From Neoconidiobolus thromboides FSU 785 (lineage: Eukaryota; Fungi; Entomophthoromycota), in the NCBI GenBank assembly GCA_025603075.1, contig MU626283.1, positions 96,795 to 160,794 on the forward strand: a stretch of DNA of 64,000 bases, in the 5' to 3' direction. This document shows, in pieces, positions 12,494 through 28,807 of the stretch. Under the pieces are notes generated by a model. It was given only the letters and a program-made list of their open reading frames with translations, did no database searches and was not told the origin of the DNA. A program made the translations under genes and the position numbers. Every line of letters starts with the position of its first letter. Within the stretch, counting starts at the first letter, position 1.

Positions 12494-15400
12494 ATGAAGC
12501 AATTAAAAGAAACACGCTTGCGGTTAGAAGACATAACTTCTAATGGTTGTCCGATGAAGAGCTTATATCTAGATAAAACAGAAACTGAGATAGAAACTGG
12601 AATCAAATCGAATCAACCTGAACTAATTGAACCATTGAATAACGATTATTTTGAGTTAAAGATTGACCAAGTCATAGTTAAATTCTATATCAAAGTAGGA
12701 AGTGATAAAGATAGCCTAACTATATCAATAATTGAACAAAAGAGGGATTTAAATAGTAGTGATTTGTTTGAACAAGAAGTAATGTCTGAATCAACGACTA
12801 ATGAAATACCTTTAGTTACTCAGTTAAAAGTACATTTCAATAACAGTAAAGTATTAAAATACCAAATAGAATATAATCAACGTCATTGTTATCTTATGTG
12901 TTTATTAGATAGTTTAGAATACCAATGTTTTGAACTTAATTTAACATCTGTACCAACTGTTGGATTTAAAGAACCATTGTTATTGAAGCAGCATAGTACT
13001 TATTTAAAAAGGTATTCTGTATTTGAAATTAAATATTTTGGTATTGTGGATCTAAACTCGTTTGTAGTTTGTAATCAAAATTTCCAATTAATTTATTTTC
13101 AATTTAATTTAGATAATGGTAATTTATATTTATTTCAATCTACTTTATTTCTTAATTTTATTTTAGGAATAATTAGTTTTAAAGAATTGAAAATACCTTT
13201 TGATTTTAATTTTAATGGTTTGGTTCGTGCTTTCAATTTGAGAAATAATACCATTAATAATAATACTCAAAATCAAGTGATTCAACATAGTAATATTATG
13301 GATTATGAAGGTAATGTTAATAAAATAATTACGTTACATTGTGATGGTAAATTAAGGGTGTGGGATTTAAAGGAACAAGTTATTGTATTTCATTATCAAA
13401 TTGAGCAATTCAGTCATCAAAACAATCAAATGAATATATATTTTCACCAAAATATATATTATCTAATTGTAAGTGATAAAAATGAAAAACAAAAAGTTCA
13501 ATTTTTCATTTATAAGTTTCAAATTAGTCATATGGAGGCTGTCCACTCATTTCATTTATTAGATAAAGTAAATTATTTTAATTTAATTCAATTGAATAAT
13601 CCAGCGAATAATTGTAATACTAATGTAATAGATTTTATACTTTTATTTAATAACAATACAATTCAATTATACGGCCTTTTTGAAATTAATCAATTAAGGT
13701 ATGTTAATAGTATCAATATTAATAATTATTACAATCAACAATATAATAATAACAATGACAACATGATTGACACAAATGATAGTATAATAATCAATGAACA
13801 AATTATAAACAATAATAATAATGAATGGAATTCAATCATATTAGAAAATTCACTAGAATTAAGGATTGAAAAAAAAATTGAACAAATCAAATCACAACAA
13901 AAAATTGAAAACAACATACTTGAATTTTTATTCGAGTTATCTACATTTGGTTCTTTTATTTTACGGGATACTTATCAACGATTTATATTAAAATATAATA
14001 TCAATCATTTCCAATTAATGAATCATGGAATTAATAATAATAAGGAATCAATTTATCTAAATATTGTTAAAGCAATGAATTATTTGTTTAGCTTAGAGTT
14101 AAGTAATAATAATAATAATAATAATAATAGTGATAGTATAGAAGGTATTAAAGAGAACATATGGATTAAATTTTTAAAGTGTAGTTTAATTAGTTTAAAG
14201 AAATATGGATTACCAATTAAATTTTATTTTAGTCCTATCATAAATAATGAATTAACAACTAATAATAATAATAATGAATCATCATATTTACCTAAATTAA
14301 TTTATAATGATGGTTTAAGTTTATTTACAACAATTAATTATAGTGAATTTTTATATTATCAATTATTTAATAATCAGTTATTTAATTTAATTCACTTATT
14401 TCAATTTAATATAAACCAACAACAAGAAATTATTGTTAATACTGAAGATTATAATAATAGTTATATGAGCATAAATAATAGTAATAATGAAATAATTGTT
14501 AATGGGTATACATCGAATATTAATTTAAATCAAGATTTAATTAGTTATATGAAATTAATAGAAGTAATTGAACAAAGTATTAATGAAATACAATTACAAT
14601 TAATTGAATCTCAATTAATCGAATTATTAATTAAAAATCAAGAATTTAATTTAAATTTTATAGATGTCATTCAATATTCAATATTAAAATGGGAAGAAAA
14701 TAATCACTTATTTTTAAATCTAGAATTAGAATTGATATCTATATCCAATAATATTCATCATTTATCTATTCATCAATTTTTATTGGATTATTTATTTAAC
14801 ATTACTAACGACCAAGAAGCTAATAATAATAACAATGAAGACGAAAGTAATGAAGATTTAATTGTTAATAGTTTGTTAGAATTAAGTGAATTAAACTATT
14901 CAATTTACAGTAAATTAAATAGTCAAAGTAAATTAAGTCCAATTATAATAATTTTATTGATTACTATCAATAATAGTCAACAATTAAAAATAAATTTGAA
15001 ATTAGAAGAGGAAGAATTTAATATATTAGATTCAATTCGATATTCAACTGTTTTGATGGGAATATACCATTTATTTTTCAAGCCATTAATATTACATCAA
15101 AATCATCAAATCAATGAAGAAAATATTCAAAGTTTAATTCAATACAATAATAACCAAGAAAACCAAATGTTAATATATAATTCAATTAAAGATATTCAAC
15201 ATTCTACTTTATTTTTTGATTATTTTAAAAAGAAAGGAATAGAAATTCAATTAATGAAAGATCCCAAATTATTTATTAAACAATTATTAAATTATTTTAT
15301 ATTTAAAAAAGAAGAATCAAATAATCCATTTTATTTAATTAACGATCAAAAAACAGTAAATTCAATTTCATTGTTTTTAGCAGATTTAATTAAATATCTA

Positions 15401-17414
15401 ATTTATAACAATTATTTTGGACATTCAATCTTATTATCATTATTATGTGGTAATTATTTTTATTTTTATTGGATTCAAGGGATTATGTTCTATTTAAAAA
15501 AAGATTATTCTAAAAGTTTTGATTACTTCAAGGATGCTATTAATTTATATAGTGATTATAATAATAACAATATTAATAATAATTTATTATTAGTTAATTT
15601 AATACAAATTCAATTACCTTCATTTCACTACAATATTAATTCATCGTATTTTTTTTATTTGTTAGCTAAAAAATATCATGAAGATGGAATAACAGAATAT
15701 GCTAATTTAATTATGGAACAATCAATTAGTTTGTTTCTAGATGAAGTTAAAATAACTGATGAAGATATAATAGAAAAACAAACAAATGAATATTATTATT
15801 TTAAATTTGAGTTACAAATTGAATTAAAAAAATACGATAGTGCAGTTAATTTTATTCCATTAATTAGAAATCCAATAATTAAAAAAAAATGTATTCAAAT
15901 ATTATTAAATCATATTGTTGAACATCAATTAAATTTTGACTTAATTTATATTTCAACAGAAAGAGAATTTATTTTATTATTATTATGGGAGAAATTGATT
16001 TATTTAATTAGTAAAAATAAAGAAACAGAAACGATAGAACAATGGTTTAATGGTATATTACAATTTTATTTATTAAATTTAGATTATACGGAAGGTAAGA
16101 TATTATTATTTGTAATAAATAATATAATAATTAAATATTAATATTTCTATTTTATTAGCTGCTACCACTTTATTTCATCAAATTATTTATTATTTTACAC
16201 AATTATCTAAAGAATTCCGAGAATTTACTATTATTTTGCAAAAAATGTTAAAAAATTTTAAAGTGATTATAGAAATTATTGAACAAACTAATTTATCATT
16301 CAATTATTTTAAAATTAAAAAGGAATTTTTAAAAGAATACCAAATGTACATGTTAAATTATATTAACGAATTTGAAAAAGAAGGTAAATATTTTTATTTA
16401 TTTCAAGGTGTGAAGAATAATATTAACAAAGATGATTTTTAGGCTTACCCAATAGAATTGTGTCCTTTCAAATGGTATTAAAATATTGTGCGTTGGTACA
16501 AAGTACTTTAAAACTATATAATAATTCAATTTATGAAATTAAGAGTAAGATTGGTTATTAGTTATTATTATTATTAATAATTTTAATATATTTATCTATT
16601 TGTTAGAAAACCAATTATTAACATATAATGAAATTATTGAAGGTTATTGTTTATTAAAAAACTATACTACTTGTTTTCAATTAACTCAACTATTTGAACA
16701 AAAATTAACAAAGGTGTTCTTCATGATGATTGAAAACGTAAAGCAGCTAATAGAAGAAAAGTAAGTTTATTTAATTATAATTGTATCTATAATTATATTA
16801 ATAATATTAATTTAATGATATAGGAATAATAATAAGGATAATTTAATAAAAGAAAAGAAAGAGAATGAATTATTAAAATTATTAGAGTTAATTAAAGTTG
16901 AATTAAAGAAACAAAATGAACCAGAATATTATATTTTATTAATTCAACAATTATTGCAAGATCAAATAATGAATATAAAAGATGATTTTGTAATCAATAT
17001 ATTAAATGAGCTATATGTAAGCTATTATTCTTTATTATTCTTTATTATTTTGCTTTATATAGTAATTGTTATATTAATTATTTTTATTTTATTTTTTAAT
17101 AGGAACTGGACTTTAATCAACTAATACGTTTATTAATTTCTTATAATTATTTGGAAATTGGGTTAAAATTTACGGTAGATAAAATGAATCTTATATTATC
17201 TAATAATAATCTTAAACTTGGTTTACCAATTCTTTGTTGTGATTTATTATATAATAGTTTAAAAATTAATAATGTAAGTTTTATTTTTATTATAAAAATT
17301 TTTAATGAATAAAAATTGATATTTTATTTTTTATTTTAGGATATTGAATTGTTAAACCAATTTGAAGAGAAGATTAATTTACCATTAAAATTAAAAATGA
17401 AAGATTTGGAATAA
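12494..17414 (+). CDS. Nucleoporin Nup120/Nup160-like, Asn-rich, several 3' exons
   Basis: 1215-aa first exon with ITLHCDGKLRVWDL beta-propeller motif and helical C-terminus (YDSAVNFIPLIRNPIIKKKCIQILL); additional short exons to stop at 17414. Confidence 0.65.
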
Positions 17415-17534
17415 ATAAGTAAACAGAGTAGGAAATATACTATATTTTATTATATTAAGAAAAATATAGAAATAAAACTATTATCAAATTATATCTTTAT
17501 TTTGTTATTTTTTTATATTATTTATAATAACAAA

Positions 17535-20179
<2,645 letters not shown>

Positions 20180-21288
20180 TGTAATTAAATTATAAGTTGA
20201 AAAATTGACAATTTTATAAAAGAAATAAAAAATTATTTTGATAAATGAAACAAGCAATTTGTTTTTATATGATCTGTATCCCTTTTATCATCTTTATCCT
20301 TTTTATCTTATCTTATTATTTATACTTATATAATTAAATTATGATTTGTTATCTTTTTTTGAGATAGGTTTTAGCCTAACATTTTGGATTATTTGATTGT
20401 ATGCCATCGGTAATTTATGACAATGAGTGAAAATTGATAAGGCCACGTCATGTTATTCTTTGTATCATTTTTAGCGGATGGTTTTTAAGCTTCAAGAATT
20501 AAAGATCTGATTGTTAATTTTTTTTGTAAACAAGTAGATTGATTTTTAATTGAAAGTTGGTTAAGATTATTTATTTTAAAATTAATAGCAATAATGAACG
20601 GTTATAAAGCTAATATTCCATGATAATCTGGACGTCAAGAGTTAGTTTAATTTTTTTATAAAATCATAAAATCCTTAAAGTATTTATAGTTTTGAATAAC
20701 CTTATTATTATTAGATCAGTCATTTTTTATAATACATTTTCTAATTCAATGAATTATTAATTATATTTAATGCTTTGATAATGATTTAATAGAGTTAAAG
20801 AATGCATTTAACTTTTATAATTTAAATTTTATATTAACTTTAAGTCTTCTTTTACATTATTGCTTAACTTTTGTGTCCTAAGTTTCTTTTAAGAATAAAC
20901 ACTTAGAGAAAAGGCATTTTTAAGACTTCAACAATACATCAAGTCTATAATGTTCAACTTATTACATTTTAAAAAAAAATTTAAACAACTTCTTAATTTT
21001 TTTTAGTAACAACCTAAAACAAAAGTAAACAAAGCATGAAATATTGTGTTATAAATCAAAACAGTTATGTAAAGCCATTATGATTTTTTATAAGTCTTTA
21101 CACTTTGTTTTCTTTATTAAATTTATATTAACTCTTTAGATGCAGTTTGTTGAAATATATGTCTTGAGTTAAATATGGTAGGTTGAAAACACCGTATTTG
21201 ATTATTATTTCAGCAATTTTTTTTAAAAATAATAAATATAGTAATAAATATTAATATGATATTAATATTCAACATATTTTTACTATAT

Positions 21289-21385
21289 GGAGAGATATTT
21301 TTTGGTTTCATTACTTTTTCCATCTTTTAGGTGCTATTTGAGCCGAAAAATTGTTAGTAAAATTCTTAAACACAAATACATCCCC
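21289..21385 (+). mobile_element. MITE copy 2
   Basis: Consensus match; ATAT/ATAT TSD. Confidence 0.85.
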
Positions 21386-22382
21386 ATATACCATCAGAAT
21401 ATTTAATAAAAACTCATTTAGAATAATGGTAATAGTTTGTTTAAAATAAAAATGATATTTTATTTTATTCTTTTAATGATTTTAAAATTATAAACTTCAA
21501 CTCTCTTATTTCTGTATCATGTGTTAGTTTTAACAGTTAGATATATATAAAAACATACAAAAATTATCAATTTTCATGTAAATTCTTATATGAACTTGCA
21601 AATAAACTAAAGATAACTTCTGTTTTATCATTTTGTTTAATAGTAAGTGATATTATAAATGATAAAAAAATAAACCAATTTTAGCAAAGATAAGTAGTCA
21701 CTTTATATATGCTTTCTAAGTAAATTAATTATTACGAGAGCATCTCACTTTAGATATTGTAATCATTTCGGCAAAAAATTGATAGGATTTTTAGTTTGAT
21801 CATTTTATATACAAAGTCTTTAAATAGGGAAGCCTTTTAATAAAACTCTATTAAAGCAAGCTTTGATTTGTCTATGCCTTTGGGAATATTGGATGGTTTA
21901 TTTGAAACTCCAATCTCTTATAAATATTAAATAAATGAAATAAAGTTATATCAGCAAGATTTTCGATAATGACCCTTTACTTTGTGGTGAATACGACCCT
22001 AGCGCTGCTACACATTTTTAAGCTGTAGAAATATTAAATGATTTTTAAAAATAATAAGCATGTTTATGTTAACGATATAATCAGCGACTTTATTTCAAAA
22101 AATCAAATCAAAAAAGAGAGAGTAGGATCTATTTATCATACTCAGGGTTAGAAATGAAGAACCAGTCCACTATTGTCTTAATATAAGTTTAACAGTTAAA
22201 GTTATAGCAGTTTTACCTTCTAACCCTATCAGTGCCTTGGGTTTCAAAAATAATAGGTGTATTTTATAATCGAAATAAGTGATTTAAAGTTTAGTTATAA
22301 AAAAGTTCTATATAAAATCGACATCATTGAAGGGGTAATCAGTGTATAACATAGCATTTAAATTTAAACTTAAACAACATAT

Positions 22383-22406
22383 GGGGATGTATTTTTTTGT
22401 TTTATA
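22383..22406 (-). mobile_element. MITE terminal fragment (copy 3)
   Basis: ATAT-GGGGATGTATTTTTTTGTTTA, one terminus only. Confidence 0.5.
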
Positions 22407-22531
22407 GCTGAATCCAGACTGAAGATATAACTAGAAAACTATTTTAGATATATGTTAAAGTAATTATTTATGTTCATATTCAATAAGCCTATAGGTTATA
22501 CTTTTCATTTTTGCTATATTTAAAAGAATAT

Positions 22532-22624
22532 AGTGATATTTTGGTTTCATCATTTTTCCATTTTTTTAAGCATTATTTAAGAAAAAAATTGTTAGTAAAA
22601 TTTTTAAATATAAAATATATCCCC
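22532..22624 (+). mobile_element. MITE copy 4 (degenerate)
   Basis: Consensus match; ATAT/ATAT flanks. Confidence 0.75.
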
Positions 22625-22826
22625 ATATTCTGAAACCTTAAATTTTAAGTTAGAATTTATAAAGCGAATCAAAGATAATAAAAAAGAATTCAATTTCTTT
22701 CGAAAATTAAAAAAAGTCAAAAATCAAAAAAATAATACATTTTATTTTCTACAAGTCTACAGTTCTAATATTATAAATATATATATTTACCCAAAGTCCG
22801 GTTGGGTTTAAATTTTAAAAAACTTT

Positions 22827-23636
22827 TTACATAAGAGTCACATAAATAGTGGACCCTTGACCCGCCGAAACTATACATGATTGGCTACTTCCACCTTGTC
22901 CAACACTGCAAGAAGAGGAGCTACAGCTTGAGCCTTCACAAGAAATTTGAATAGTATAGCCTTTAGTTGAGAACCCAACTTCTTTAAATAATGGATTGGT
23001 AGTAGCTGAAGCAAAAGTAACTCCATTTTCATCTTGATTAGCACCCATTACATAAGGGGCCCAATTACCAACGGGTTTACTACTATCACCCCAACGACAT
23101 TCATCTTGACCAGATCCTGGAAGATTGAGATAATAATGTGCAGAAGTTTTTTGCCAATAAGTAGAAGGAGGTACAGCGATAGTACTTTGGCCGCCTGATC
23201 CTACTACTGTAGAAATAAGCATAGCTTCATTACCAGGGAATACTGTTTGACAAGCGGAAACGGAACCAGATAATTTATTAACTAATTTAACGGTACCAGC
23301 ACCTTGAGAACATAATGGTCGATTTGGAAATGGTTTTTCAAGCTGTCCTTTACCATTACAAAATAATCCACCATTCATAGTAGCACATTTGGCCCCATCT
23401 GTACACCCTACACTTGGATCCCATTGGTTCATTACCATACCTGGTTTACATGAATAAGGGCACCATTTTCCAGGGGTACAAGTTTGATCTGGACTCATAG
23501 CCCATCCACCATTAGCTTGATTTGGAGTTATAGCAACAATAGAATCATCATCGGGTAATACACAACTACTGGCTACACCAGTATAGGCAGAAAAAATAGA
23601 ATTGACATTTAATAAGATTAAAATTGAAAACTTCAT
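22827..23636 (-). CDS. Secreted SUN-domain (GH132-like beta-glucanase family) protein, intronless
   Basis: Signal peptide; CTPGKWCPYSCKPG, NQWDP, MNGGLFC, KPFP, SACQTVFPGNEAMLI, YWQKTSAHYYLN, CRWG, GNWAPY motifs. Confidence 0.88.
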   Translation of the reverse strand: MKFSILILLNVNSIFSAYTGVASSCVLPDDDSIVAITPNQANGGWAMSPDQTCTPGKWCPYSCKPGMVMNQWDPSVGCTDGAKCATMNGGLFCNGKGQLEKPFPNRPLCSQGAGTVKLVNKLSGSVSACQTVFPGNEAMLISTVVGSGGQSTIAVPPSTYWQKTSAHYYLNLPGSGQDECRWGDSSKPVGNWAPYVMGANQDENGVTFASATTNPLFKEVGFSTKGYTIQISCEGSSCSSSSCSVGQGGSSQSCIVSAGQGSTIYVTLM

Positions 23637-25355
23637 TTTGTTATTAAAGATTTAGGAGTTAAGAAATAGTGTATATTACGGATTTATATTAAATAGTCTA
23701 ATGTATCTAACTTTAGTTATATAGGAATATACTTTTGTGTTATAAATTGATATAATCCTATAATATTTTTATTACATTGAATGAAAATCAAGTTTATATA
23801 TACTTATTTTTCGAGTATAACTAAATAGCGTATTCTGATTAAATCTTCTATTCTCGTTGATTGATACGTCCACTGTTAATTAAAAATAAACATAAATTAA
23901 TTTCCAAGCTTACTTTTGGGGAAGTGGTATGTGGTTCGATAACAACATAGACTATAATATCGGATAGCTTTCTTTTTTGCCCATTCTTTATTTGCGTTAA
24001 ACCACTTTTTGTAACTTTTTTCTTAATTTATGCATTTTTAATCCCAGCGAATAGGGGTGTTGTTAGTTAGACTAATAGTATAATAGGAATTTGATAATCA
24101 ATAGGTTTTAAAGAAATAATACAATTAAATTGCATCTTACTAAATATATTGAATCCAATTACTTTTTAATTGATAAAAATACTGTTTTTATGCGTATAAT
24201 CTTATTAGTAGATAAAAAAAGTTGGCTAATATTCTTATATAAAAGAATTAAATAATAAGCAGAATAGATCTCCTTTTAAATTCAAGTTGCTATAATACGT
24301 TCGTAAGTGCTGGCTTAGAAGTGGTTTCATAATGCATAATATCATCAAAATTATGGTTTATTTAGAAGTCATGTTAGCTTGGTCATACTGATTATCATGG
24401 AGGATGTCCCATTTGCGGTAAAAACTAATAACCAAAGTTCTAGACTCCTAAAAGGTGAATAAAACTATATTTCCTTGATATACTCTTATTTGCATAGAGA
24501 ATACTACCATTCAACCGAATTATGATATTAACATTACACTTAATTATCAAAATAAATCGATTTTGAACTAAGAATAATATTATCTATTTAAAATTTAAAA
24601 CATATACTTTTTTTAATAACGTATTGTAAATTACTTTTGGTATTCTTTTAGGACCTAATGAACAAAGAATATTAATTTTTAAAGATTGAAATTTTTGGGT
24701 AAATCTTGTAGTTGAAATCTTGTTTATTAAATGATTCATTCCATATAAAAAATTTAGACTTATTACAAGTTAAATTGGCCCAATCTATTTTAAATAGTAT
24801 ATTTTTTATGTACATAATAGTACTATTGACTGTATAATATCTCTTAAAAAGTGGGTTGATTATTAGTAGCTAATTAAAATTGCTAAATATTATTATTATT
24901 TTTTACCTTTATATATTTTTTTGTTTTTGTTTTGAAGAGATTTGAAATTTTGCAGTTTGTTTAGTCTAAATTTAAATTCCCAAAATTTATCCCAAAATTT
25001 ATTTCTCTCATTCCAATTTTATCTATTTTTATATAAAATTTAAAATATTAATAAAAATCGAATATTGAAACAAAATAAAAATAAAAATAAAAATAAGGAT
25101 TGTTGAAAAAAAAATATTTTTTTTTAAAATCAAAAATTTATAAATTTAATAACTACTTTATTTTTTTTACTGCTCTAGTTTTACCCTTTCCTCTATACTT
25201 TGAATTATATATTATTTAGATTACTAATTCACACATTCGAAATGACAAGTTGTAAAAGTAATTATAAAATTTTAACAAAATGAAAAATGAGGAATTGAAA
25301 ATGAAATACAAAAATAAAAAAGGTAAATTTTATTAATAAAAAAGGTATGATGACA

Positions 25356-26477
25356 TTAGGGAAACAGTAACTTAACATTACCATTCTCATTTTGAATCTT
25401 AATATTATTATTGCTATTATTATCATTACCTAAAATCCCAGACTGAGACTTTTCCTCTTTTTTTGTATAGTAAGGAGGATTATTATTGCTATCTATTTCA
25501 ATAGAACCAAACCAAGTGCCAATATCAAACTTAGTATTAAACGTGGATTTGAAGGATACTTTACATTCTCCAAAGCCGCCTGCAATATTATATTTCAAAT
25601 CTTTAATATCATTATTCAACTTATCAATCTCAACGTTCACATTTCCATGAGTGTTAGTTATATCTGCCTTCAAAAAATTCCCATTAAGGATTTCTATTTT
25701 ACCAAAACTATTATCTAATAAAATTGTGTCACTTTTTGTATTATGGATAGATACATCACCGTGTTGAGACCCAATAGTAATTTTATCAGCAGTTAACTTT
25801 TGGATTTTAGATTCCCCAAAGTTAACCTTAGCATTGAAAGTATCAGCCTTGATATCATTTATTTCCAGGTCAGAGTGATTGACATCTAAATCTACCTTTT
25901 TAACATTGTTATTTGCTAATTTTAGATCACCAAATCCTGTATCAATCTTAAACTGATTAAAATCTAATTTACCACGTATATCTAAATTGACATTTGTTCT
26001 ATAAACATCCATAATTAACTTATCGTAGAAATCAAGGTTATTTGGTATTTTGATAACAACATCAGCTTTATAGCAGCTTGGGTCATTTGCATTGCTATTT
26101 CCATCACTAATTGTAAATTGATAGCCATCGTTTTTATATTCTGAATTGGCCTTTAATTCGCTTGTCTCAAAATTAGTGCTAACAAAAAATTGTTTATCAA
26201 TAACAATCAAACTTGAATTATGACGTTCAAACCTAATGGAACTTTGGGAGCTGTAACCGCCTAACTTGACAATCAATGATTTGTAAGACTTTGGATCAAA
26301 CTCATATTTTCCATCCGAGGCATACGGTTTTGTTGCTGAGCAGTTATATATTCCTTCAACTCTAATCACCTTAAGTCCAACCAATGCTCCAATAACTCCA
26401 GCAAATATTAGTATAGCAATCAAAACTATCCAGCATATTTTTTTACATAAATGACTTGGTATACTTAATAAACCCAT
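25356..26477 (-). CDS. Type II membrane protein with DUF4097/putative adhesin beta-repeat ectodomain
   Basis: N-terminal TM helix (WIVLIAILIFAGVIGALVGL), then repeated beta-strand units (IDTGFGDLKL, VNFGESKI, SQHGDVSI, NSFGKIEI, NTHGNVNV, TWFGSIEI, NENGNVKL). Confidence 0.65.
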   Translation of the reverse strand: MGLLSIPSHLCKKICWIVLIAILIFAGVIGALVGLKVIRVEGIYNCSATKPYASDGKYEFDPKSYKSLIVKLGGYSSQSSIRFERHNSSLIVIDKQFFVSTNFETSELKANSEYKNDGYQFTISDGNSNANDPSCYKADVVIKIPNNLDFYDKLIMDVYRTNVNLDIRGKLDFNQFKIDTGFGDLKLANNNVKKVDLDVNHSDLEINDIKADTFNAKVNFGESKIQKLTADKITIGSQHGDVSIHNTKSDTILLDNSFGKIEILNGNFLKADITNTHGNVNVEIDKLNNDIKDLKYNIAGGFGECKVSFKSTFNTKFDIGTWFGSIEIDSNNNPPYYTKKEEKSQSGILGNDNNSNNNIKIQNENGNVKLLFP

Positions 26478-26755
26478 GTCGAAACTATTTTTTATATCAT
26501 TTTTTTTGTTTTTATTTCATTTATATACTATTATTTTAAGGCTATTGAAGACACTTTCATTATTCTAAGATAAAGCTGTAGCTTTATTTTTTATGTATGT
26601 TACCTAATAAGGTAGCTACAATCTATAGTATTAATATAAAGGTTGGTATGTGCCCTATGAATTTATTATTGGTATTTCTTGGCCCTGAGAAAAAAATAGT
26701 AAACTCCCCTGTATTAGGTTATTCACTTTTTTTGTGCTTTATTGAGTTTCTATAT

Positions 26756-26855
26756 GGGGGTGTTTTTTTTTGGCTTCATCATTTTTTCCATCTTTTAAGC
26801 GCCATTTGAGCGGGAAAATTATTGGCAAAATTCTTAAGCACAGAAATACATCACC
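26756..26855 (+). mobile_element. MITE copy 5
   Basis: Consensus match; ATAT/ATAT TSD. Confidence 0.85.
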
Positions 26856-27823
26856 ATATTATTCAGCTATTACCCAAACTATTGGGGTTGGAATATTAAT
26901 GACTATTCTTGTAAAAAATTATACCTTATAGATAAGCTACAGAAGTATACTTCTATATTTGGATTTTATTAAGTTAGCTGTATTATCTTTTAAAATAGAA
27001 CCTATTTCTCAATCTTATAAAACCTTGTGCTTAATCACAAATAATTTCTGCTATTTCCTAAATTACAAACTTAAGGTTAAAACAATTCGAAGCCAAGATC
27101 CAATACTCAAGAAAATTAAAAATAAAAATTGGCAAGAAAAATATAATTTATTCTTCACTTGAGAAAATTTTATGTAGATAATTATCCGCTCAATCTTTTA
27201 ATGACTTTTCTTCTTTGCTTTCATAAATTATCGAAACTATCCTTTAATTTTCAAGAACTCTTTTATTCTTAACTCACAACTACAGATTTTTTCTTCCTCT
27301 GATTAGTAAATAAGCGTCACTAAATTTATTTGAAAAAAATGACAAGAGTGAATAACGTTATATGAACTTAGTTGTAATTAAAGTCTAAAATCTCTTTACC
27401 AATAATAAGCTAAAGTATCAAATTATTATTAAAATTAGATCAGCTAATATCAAATTTAAAAGCTTTATCCCTATAGTTTATTTGTACATTTTAATATTTC
27501 GTGATTATTGTTTTTTTACAGCATATATGAATTTTTAATAAATAGCTCAAAGTTGTTTATAATAGCAATAATCATAATTTAATGTTAAAACAACAAAGCA
27601 TTGTAATGAGTAGTAGTGCAAACTATAAAGCAAAAATAGGTAAATGTTTATTATAAATAACTTTGGAAAACAATAGCTATAATAGTGTATGGAATTAATA
27701 ACGCATGAATTTTTCACATAGAATTAGGTTTAAAAATGAAATACTAATGTAATATAAATAAGTTTTATTTTAATAAAGATAAGTATTAGTTGATAATAAG
27801 TAATAGGAAGAAAGGCTAATAAT

Positions 27824-28369
27824 TTAAAGACCAAGTCCTACACCGGCTCCAAGGCCTAATCCTAATCCTTTCCTGCCCCCTAATCCTAATCCTACTCCAG
27901 CTCCCAATCCCAATCCTAAACCATTATTGCTAGACCCATAACCAGAACCCGATGGTCCAGATCCATGACTAGATGATCCTGAGCCATAGACAGCTGAACC
28001 AGAGCCTGAAGTTCCATAATTCGATGATGAACTTGATACATAGCTTGATGACGAGCTAGATCCATAGCCAGATGCATGTCCATTACCTCCTAAACCTAAA
28101 CCTAAACCTAAACCTAAACCTAGTCCAAGGCCTGAGTTTGATCCATGACCAGATGAGCCTGAACCTGAACCTGAGCCTGAGCCTGAACCATAGCCGGATG
28201 ATCCAGATCCAGATCCAGATCCAGATCCAGATGCATGTCCATTACCTCCTAAACCTAAGCCTAAGCCTAAGCCTACTCCTAATCCAAGACCTTCAGCTTC
28301 ACGTTTAACTAAAGTAGGAGCAGCAGTGATAAAAGAGAGGATAGTAAGACTAATGATAAATTTGTTCAT
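27824..28369 (-). CDS. Secreted Gly/Ser-rich protein, family member A (signal peptide + KR-EAE + (GL)n blocks)
   Basis: MNKFIISLTILSFITA-APTLVKR-EAE; five further paralogs in the window. Confidence 0.85.
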   Translation of the reverse strand: MNKFIISLTILSFITAAPTLVKREAEGLGLGVGLGLGLGLGGNGHASGSGSGSGSGSSGYGSGSGSGSGSGSSGHGSNSGLGLGLGLGLGLGLGGNGHASGYGSSSSSSYVSSSSSNYGTSGSGSAVYGSGSSSHGSGPSGSGYGSSNNGLGLGLGAGVGLGLGGRKGLGLGLGAGVGLGL

Positions 28370-28708
28370 TTTTGATTATATTATAGTATATTATTATATG
28401 ATATTAAATAAAAGTTATTATTTTTTTGATATCTATTTCAATAATTTTTTTTGAGTATTTATACTACCGCTTTTCAATGTTTATTATAAAAATAGAACTA
28501 AATTAAATATTGCTTATAAAACCCCAGAGTTCGAATGTGAATTTGGAGTAATGAATATTGTTTTGCTTCCAGCCTTTTAGCTAAAGTTTAGTACACTAAC
28601 CTTTTATTTCTCATAGTTTAAAATTAGCCTTTTTTAGCTACCTATCGAAAAAATAGATTTCATGCAAAAAACTGCATAATTTCAGAAAACTACTCATTTT
28701 AGAAATAT

Positions 28709-28807
28709 GGGGATATATATTTTGTGTTTGAGAATTTTATTAATAATTTTTCTACTCAAATAGCGCTTAAGAAATGGAAAAAGTGATGAAATCAAAAAAA
28801 CATCACT
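28709..28807 (-). mobile_element. MITE copy 6
   Basis: Reverse-orientation consensus match; ATAT/ATAT flanks. Confidence 0.85.
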
